The translations under genes were made by a program, and so were the position numbers. Shown here piece after piece: positions 58,206 to 64,000 of a DNA stretch of 64,000 bases. The first letter of the stretch is position 1; the number at the start of each line of letters is the position of its first letter. The stretch spans positions 1 through 64,000 of IMG/VR virus record IMGVR_UViG_3300035520_001285; one strand, given 5' to 3'. Origin of the DNA: a virus (Duplodnaviria > Caudoviricetes). The notes beneath the pieces were generated by a model. The model did not search any database. It saw nothing but the letters and a program-made list of their open reading frames with translations, and was not told the origin of the DNA.

Positions 58206-60187
58206 GGATTAAAGTTAATACTTCTGAGCTCAATTATGAAAGGGTAGAATTAAACATTTCTGATTTATATTATTCGGATGGCAACCATTCGTATATTACT
58301 GTAACCACTTCTACCCCACACAAATTAAGGGGAAACGATGAGGTTATTGTTGTCAGGAGTGAGGAAGACTATTATGAAGAAACAACAAAGGAAATCTCAT
58401 TGTTATCTCCTTACTCTTTCGAAATTGAATCTTTTCCCGATATTGCATTATTTGTTGAAAAGGCATCCGTTGAAAATTACAAGTTTAGACTAATGCCTAA
58501 TAGTTCTATTGAGTACCGAAAGGCCTTAGTACTTGATTTGTCTTCAGAACATATCTTTCCTAAAAATCGCTATAATATTAACAACTTAGCAATCCTAACC
58601 GATGATTATTACTCATCTGACGATGCTTATACTCAAATGTGTGTAGGTGATTCATTGTTATACAATGGAATAATACATGAAGCTGAATCAATAACCTCAG
58701 ATGGGAAATATATAATGAATAATGCCATTAATAATATGGATTACGGTGAAGTTAAATTCGCAAATAGTGACGGAGAAGAAATATTATTAAAAGGATGGGT
58801 GGCGCCTGTTTTAGAAGATAAAACAACCAATCTTTATAGATTAATCTATTTTTTTGATGAAAATGACGATGAAATTAACTCAATCGCTAAATATATTTCT
58901 CAGAATTACGAAAGTTTAAACTTCTACTCACCTGATGTTAGGTTTTTTGTTGAAGACGAAGATATTAGTGGCGATGGAAAATATCATTTATCATTAGTAA
59001 AACCTGATGAATATACGATAGCCACAATAGTATACAGAGAAAATGGGCACTGCCATGTGTCTTTCCCGATTGCAGAAAATTTTGCCGTTAATATGGCAAA
59101 GGAAGCTTTGCTTGAAGAAGGATTTGTGGAAGAACAAAAAACGAATTCAATCAATGAAATTGTTGATTACGAAAAGAGGATGTTTTATCCCGTTATATAC
59201 GACGACGATGACCCTGAAGCATTTGATAATTTCAATGATAATGAATTGGTTGATTTGAATGAGATAGTATTCAATTTGCATTTCATAGAAAGGCATTATG
59301 ACGACAGTAATGGTTGGGTATACGGCAATTCTGAATGGGTAACAGATGATGATATGGCATGGAATAACTATTCTATATCTGATAATGGCGGTTTAGAAAG
59401 AAATTCCAAGCCTAACTATGGTGATAGCAAGGAAACCTTATCTGATTCGGATGCTGATTTATTGTGGTATTTAGGCTTTACTGATGAGGATGTATATTAT
59501 CAAAAGAAATCTCTTCAAAAGTCATTCTTACGCTTGTCTTTCTATGATTCAAGGGATAGAGCTAATCAAACTTTGCAATTTTATTCAACAATTTTTCTTG
59601 ATACAGGTGATTTATATAACAAATATGTAAAACAAAAGACCTTAAACTATGACTCTGATGATGTTTTAGTATCATTAGAACATGCCGAGGATACGTCTTT
59701 GAGATTGTCAGCAACATTTAGTTGTAGTGACAAAAACAATATGAGCGCCTGTAGTGAAGGATTCTATTTATATGCTTTTCCTTCTTTAGTTAAGGGTAAC
59801 GAGTTAACTCCATTATATATGAAAGTTGAATTCAACCATGCTAAGTATGGCAGGACTATACCATTTATTATGCCAACGAAGTCAAATTATTGGACTAATG
59901 TAGATTATGATAAATGGGATAACATAATAAGATGGAACCCCAAAACTAATGAGGTTGATAATAATTTTCCTGTAAATTACAGTAAAAGTAATGGTGGCAT
60001 TAATATGAAGCGTCTTATTAATGACATGTACATTAAAGTTTATGTGAAATATGATTTCAATAAAAATCGCTACGTGTGGTTCTTAGCTGACCGTATAGGT
60101 AACCTGAATGGAAGCGGTAGTGATGGAAATCTAAAACTCGTATTTAATTTATGGGAGCCAAGGATAAATGGCGTTGAAGGAAAATAG
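58199..60187 (+). CDS. Putative structural protein
   Basis: 662 aa, acidic and beta-rich, in the operon. Confidence 0.65.
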   Translation: MLRIKVNTSELNYERVELNISDLYYSDGNHSYITVTTSTPHKLRGNDEVIVVRSEEDYYEETTKEISLLSPYSFEIESFPDIALFVEKASVENYKFRLMPNSSIEYRKALVLDLSSEHIFPKNRYNINNLAILTDDYYSSDDAYTQMCVGDSLLYNGIIHEAESITSDGKYIMNNAINNMDYGEVKFANSDGEEILLKGWVAPVLEDKTTNLYRLIYFFDENDDEINSIAKYISQNYESLNFYSPDVRFFVEDEDISGDGKYHLSLVKPDEYTIATIVYRENGHCHVSFPIAENFAVNMAKEALLEEGFVEEQKTNSINEIVDYEKRMFYPVIYDDDDPEAFDNFNDNELVDLNEIVFNLHFIERHYDDSNGWVYGNSEWVTDDDMAWNNYSISDNGGLERNSKPNYGDSKETLSDSDADLLWYLGFTDEDVYYQKKSLQKSFLRLSFYDSRDRANQTLQFYSTIFLDTGDLYNKYVKQKTLNYDSDDVLVSLEHAEDTSLRLSATFSCSDKNNMSACSEGFYLYAFPSLVKGNELTPLYMKVEFNHAKYGRTIPFIMPTKSNYWTNVDYDKWDNIIRWNPKTNEVDNNFPVNYSKSNGGINMKRLINDMYIKVYVKYDFNKNRYVWFLADRIGNLNGSGSDGNLKLVFNLWEPRINGVEGK

Positions 60188-60189
60188 AC

Positions 60190-62265
60190 ATGGAAATCAT
60201 TCAAAAAACTGTTGCACTTGAATGTGCTAAAAGTAGGGATTCATGGAAATTGCCTACGGTCGAAGAAAGTAATACCACCATAAATTATGGCGGTGATTAC
60301 TCCGATTGGGGTAAACTTGCGTACGATATAAAATTTGCTGATAAAGGTGGTAATCTTTCAAATTTTAGCCACTATCTAACTTCGATTCCTTATTCTAATT
60401 TAAGTTATTCACAACTGCATAATATAAGTAAAAACCTGCCATTATCAACTAATTACAATGGCGAGAAAGTGCTTAGATATAAAACGCTTGTCGGGGATTA
60501 TAAATTCCTGATTGATTTTATACGAGATTCGAAACTCTATGCACTATGCAGAAGAAAAGATGAATTTAAGTGGGTTGAAATAGGGACTGATACTACAGAC
60601 AGAAGAGAATTTTTCTTTTCAAGGAATTGGCTCTTTTTAACTGAGTTGCCATTAATCGAAGATATGGAAACCTGTTCAAAAAGCTATTTCAATTCAATTG
60701 ACACTTCTAATTGTGAGTATGGAGACGGATACATCATAACTAGTACAAACAATAAATTGGTTAACGGCGGCTTAAATTCATGGGATGGCACTCAATGGGT
60801 ACCATATGTATGCATAAATGAATCCGCTGATAAATTCAGAGGGCTATTCAGGATTAAAGGTGATACTACAAAATATGAAATAATTTATTACTACTTTTCT
60901 CTCTATTTTAAGAATAATTTATTGAGCAGCACCGAAGAGAGTATATTAACAGCGTCTCCGTATCTAAATATTCCTATATTGCTTGAGAGTGAGATTGAAA
61001 ATATAGGTGAAGATACTCCTTATATAGAAGATTGGACTGCGAATAAAACTTATTATGTTGGTGATAAGGTACGTTATGTTAGTGAGGACGACCCATTGGG
61101 TTCGGTGTATAAACTAATTAAAGGTTCGGATACAACCAATGTTACAATTACAGAGGAATTATATAATAAATTCAAGGAACTCGGTACAGTGCCATTACAA
61201 ATGAGGCAAACGAATCACGAATCACCCATCTATTCCATGGTAGTTTCTTTTTATAAAGGATATTATGATAAGGTTAGTAAAGTGGTTTATTTCGATGATA
61301 TTGATTCTAATGGAAACTTAGTATTAAATCATTGGACTAAATGTACAGGTGTAAATGAAGATTCAACGGGAGTCAAGATTACATCAAAAACATCAAGCCA
61401 ATTATCGGCCTTATTAAGAACAAGAAAAAGCTATGATGATAACGTTGAATTACTTCCGTTTATAATTGCTGATGATAAAGTTAATCATAGTAATGGCGAA
61501 ATGCGTTATTGTTTGGGGGATTGCTGCTTCTCTATATCAGACAATAAAACATTTTGCAATAGCCTTAATTCAATTAAATTTTACAATTCAACACAAAGTA
61601 TTTACTCACCAGTAAAAACGCTTGATGAAAGTAATGGCTTGATAAAAATAAGTGTAACGGATGTACCCACGGAATGTGATTTGATTGAATTTAATTACGT
61701 TATTGATAAAAAGGTAGATGATGATGGTAACTCAATAGAGGGGACAGGCATTATTTATAAAGAAATATATCAGTATTTTATTAGCGAATATCTATGCCCG
61801 TGCAGCGACGTCTATACAGAATTTAGGTGGGTTGAATATGATGATGAAGTAGATGACTCCACCTTATATAGTAATGGCGTGGTTTTGGAAACTCCGTCAA
61901 AGTCCATTAACGGTAAAATCGCTGCATATGGAGGTAAATATTACCAATGCCAAGCAGTTTTTAACTACGTGAATATTATTTACACTAATACATATTCTTT
62001 TGATGCTGACAATTCTGAATTTGTGACCGATAATGGAGTTGTAGCATATATTGAATACTCTGACGAACAAGCCAATGATGATGATTTCCAAGATGTTTAT
62101 TCTTTCTTTGATGAAACAAGAATAGGCATTGCTAATATAACCAACGACATATCAGTTAATGTAACACGCAGTGAAAGCGCCGCATTTGAAAGGCATAATA
62201 TTTTAGGTGAAGTAAATACTTTTTCAGACTTGGAGAACTACAGAAATGGTTTGTTCAGCCTTTAA
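60190..62265 (+). CDS. Putative structural protein
   Basis: 691 aa, in the operon. Confidence 0.65.
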   Translation: MEIIQKTVALECAKSRDSWKLPTVEESNTTINYGGDYSDWGKLAYDIKFADKGGNLSNFSHYLTSIPYSNLSYSQLHNISKNLPLSTNYNGEKVLRYKTLVGDYKFLIDFIRDSKLYALCRRKDEFKWVEIGTDTTDRREFFFSRNWLFLTELPLIEDMETCSKSYFNSIDTSNCEYGDGYIITSTNNKLVNGGLNSWDGTQWVPYVCINESADKFRGLFRIKGDTTKYEIIYYYFSLYFKNNLLSSTEESILTASPYLNIPILLESEIENIGEDTPYIEDWTANKTYYVGDKVRYVSEDDPLGSVYKLIKGSDTTNVTITEELYNKFKELGTVPLQMRQTNHESPIYSMVVSFYKGYYDKVSKVVYFDDIDSNGNLVLNHWTKCTGVNEDSTGVKITSKTSSQLSALLRTRKSYDDNVELLPFIIADDKVNHSNGEMRYCLGDCCFSISDNKTFCNSLNSIKFYNSTQSIYSPVKTLDESNGLIKISVTDVPTECDLIEFNYVIDKKVDDDGNSIEGTGIIYKEIYQYFISEYLCPCSDVYTEFRWVEYDDEVDDSTLYSNGVVLETPSKSINGKIAAYGGKYYQCQAVFNYVNIIYTNTYSFDADNSEFVTDNGVVAYIEYSDEQANDDDFQDVYSFFDETRIGIANITNDISVNVTRSESAAFERHNILGEVNTFSDLENYRNGLFSL

Positions 62266-62323
62266 CAACTTGACTTAAAAAGAGTCAAAAACTATATTTA
62301 TTATAAAAGATTTTTAGAAGAAA

Positions 62324-63235
62324 ATGAGCGGTGTTTTTGGAACAAAAAAACCAGCACAAATAACATCAAACGATGTAGATATATATTATTATTACAGACC
62401 TTCAAGAAGTACAGAATCGGCTGATTTTGCAAACTTTAAGAAACTGAATAGTAGTTTATTGGCAGCAAGCAATGCCGAGGACGACAGTGGCAGTCAAATT
62501 CCCTTGATGGGTATGTATGATTTGAGATTGCCATTGAGTGTGTTTGGCAGCGTTGGCATCTATACAATATACATTAAACCAAGGGAAATTAAGGGAGTGA
62601 TAACGGATGTTAGCACTCTTGCTGCATATCCAAATATTAAAGGCGTAGTTTTAGATGCTAACGATTTTGAAACATCTGATGCAACCATATTTGCAAATAA
62701 TGGTTTAGTTGGCTATAGGATAGAGTACTACGACACGGAATCGGGTACGGATAAACAGGATTATTATCGTATTATCACATCTAATAATAAGTGCGAGCCT
62801 GTTGCGCAAAATCTCAATGATTCATCTCAAAAAGGCATTCGTTATCGTTTCAATGAATCAAGCACTTTGACATTCTGCACCGTAACGCCTTCAACTTCTA
62901 TGTCTTTTAAGAGTAGCAATACCCCTTATATCGGTGTTACATCACAGAAGGTAGCATTGGTAAACACAAAATTTAATCCAGTTATGTTGGAGATTGAGAT
63001 TGTTGACCATGATATTGAAACAATATCTACAATGCTTGAAGGTGACCAATCTCGCAATATGGATAGCGGTTTAATTACCACCTATACTAAGGATGGTGGT
63101 ATTTATCATCAAGCCAATCTTCTTACAGTTGTTAACTCGGATGAGGGCATCAACCATGACGTTAAAATCACTAATAAAGACTCCGTTGTCTCTTCTGAAG
63201 CTGACAAATTTGAAAACATCAAAAACAACATCTAA
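62324..63235 (+). CDS. Putative structural protein
   Basis: 303 aa, preceded by a TATTTAT motif. Confidence 0.7.
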   Translation: MSGVFGTKKPAQITSNDVDIYYYYRPSRSTESADFANFKKLNSSLLAASNAEDDSGSQIPLMGMYDLRLPLSVFGSVGIYTIYIKPREIKGVITDVSTLAAYPNIKGVVLDANDFETSDATIFANNGLVGYRIEYYDTESGTDKQDYYRIITSNNKCEPVAQNLNDSSQKGIRYRFNESSTLTFCTVTPSTSMSFKSSNTPYIGVTSQKVALVNTKFNPVMLEIEIVDHDIETISTMLEGDQSRNMDSGLITTYTKDGGIYHQANLLTVVNSDEGINHDVKITNKDSVVSSEADKFENIKNNI

Positions 63236-64000
63236 TGGCTAAAAGTAAGTACACCGTAATAAAAAGTAACTATACTCTTCGCAATAGAAGACAAAATATA
63301 AATAAAGGTACTATCTACGAGCGTGATTATGCAGTAACTAACACTCAAAGCTCGTGGGATGATGGTGTATTCCCTTATGGAGAGTCTAACTTTAAATTAA
63401 CAAGACGTTATCCTGAAAACGGGATACGAAAGCATAGTTTTGGCGATTGGCTAAAGCAAGATGTTTGCATTACGGATGATAACAATGGGCAGTATTGGAC
63501 TTTGAATTGTATCACTGATGATGCAAATGCCAAGAATGAAAATGAAATCATTCTTAAGCCTAACTATGGTTCAATGCTTGACTTTGCTTATTATGGTAGT
63601 TGTGCCGATTTGCTTCGTGTTTCACTAGATAATATTATTAATAACTTTCCCGCCGAACTCTTTATCAAGGATAGTGGGATAGAATACTATGATGATGCCG
63701 AAGGGAAAACTGTAAAACTTGGCTCAACCAACATTAAAGACGTTAGAGATGCACAAAATGATGCAAGTTATAACAATCCCAACAACTTAAGTATTCTTAA
63801 CATAACTGAAGACACAGCGGTTTGTATTGAAAATCCATTCGACTTGAATTTAACAAGAACTACACTACCAAATAGTTCGGATGTAAACGAACTAAGATAT
63901 TTTTGTAGTTCGGCAAATAAATATGACATCTTAAATTCAAATGATACTTTAGTTGCTTGCGCTTGTGATTGGCATGTGATATATAGAGCTAAGGCCTGTA
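63235..64000 (+). CDS. Putative structural protein, truncated by the window end (not in the ORF track)
   Basis: TAATG stop/start overlap; translated by hand as MAKSKYTVIKSNYTL... and open to base 64000. Confidence 0.75.
   Translation, partial: MAKSKYTVIKSNYTLRNRRQNINKGTIYERDYAVTNTQSSWDDGVFPYGESNFKLTRRYPENGIRKHSFGDWLKQDVCITDDNNGQYWTLNCITDDANAKNENEIILKPNYGSMLDFAYYGSCADLLRVSLDNIINNFPAELFIKDSGIEYYDDAEGKTVKLGSTNIKDVRDAQNDASYNNPNNLSILNITEDTAVCIENPFDLNLTRTTLPNSSDVNELRYFCSSANKYDILNSNDTLVACACDWHVIYRAKAC

Noticed and set aside
376-59258. Many short ORFs in the track that are antisense to or nested in long genes (e.g. 20161..20604, 35753..36232, 51351..51773)
   Set aside because: They are shadows of real genes, have atypical composition and show no motifs.
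1-64000. TAG-to-Gln recoding as in Lak or some crAss-like phages
   Set aside because: Multi-kilobase genes are uninterrupted in the standard code. TAG ends genes immediately before terminators (83-85, 3221-3223), and read-through past the polB TAG does not give intein- or polymerase-like sequence.
1-64000. CRISPR array, tRNA or rRNA genes
   Set aside because: No regularly spaced direct repeats or cloverleaf-like sequences were seen in the short intergenic regions; a tRNA scan would be needed to be certain.

Overview
The whole 64 kb window reads as one segment of a large, AT-rich, T4-like (myovirus) jumbo phage genome in the standard genetic code. The host is probably an anaerobic Bacteroidota; this is an inference from NrdD/NrdG, AT-rich leaders without obvious Shine-Dalgarno motifs and TATATTTG-like promoter boxes. 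Replication genes: family B DNA polymerase, SNF2 helicase, gp32-like SSB, RecA/UvsX, 5'-3' exonuclease, DnaB-like helicase and class III ribonucleotide reductase. These are interleaved with neck, sheath, tape-measure and baseplate genes. Most notable observations: (1) the PolB gene stops inside an intein at the catalytic GD|TD motif and is followed by a terminator, which suggests a naturally split, trans-splicing polymerase; (2) a glycosyl/phosphoglycosyl-transfer cluster containing a GT2-DUF5672-like fusion, two tandem primase-polymerase-like paralogs and a Stealth phosphotransferase; (3) a solo TnpB element with a structured 3' RNA inserted at the end of a tail gene; (4) an Ala-initiated class 3 intein with a LAGLIDADG endonuclease in the helicase P-loop; (5) two recurring promoter-like motifs that partition late and replication genes. 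No tRNA, rRNA or CRISPR array was seen. All assignments come from motif recognition by eye; no database searches were run.
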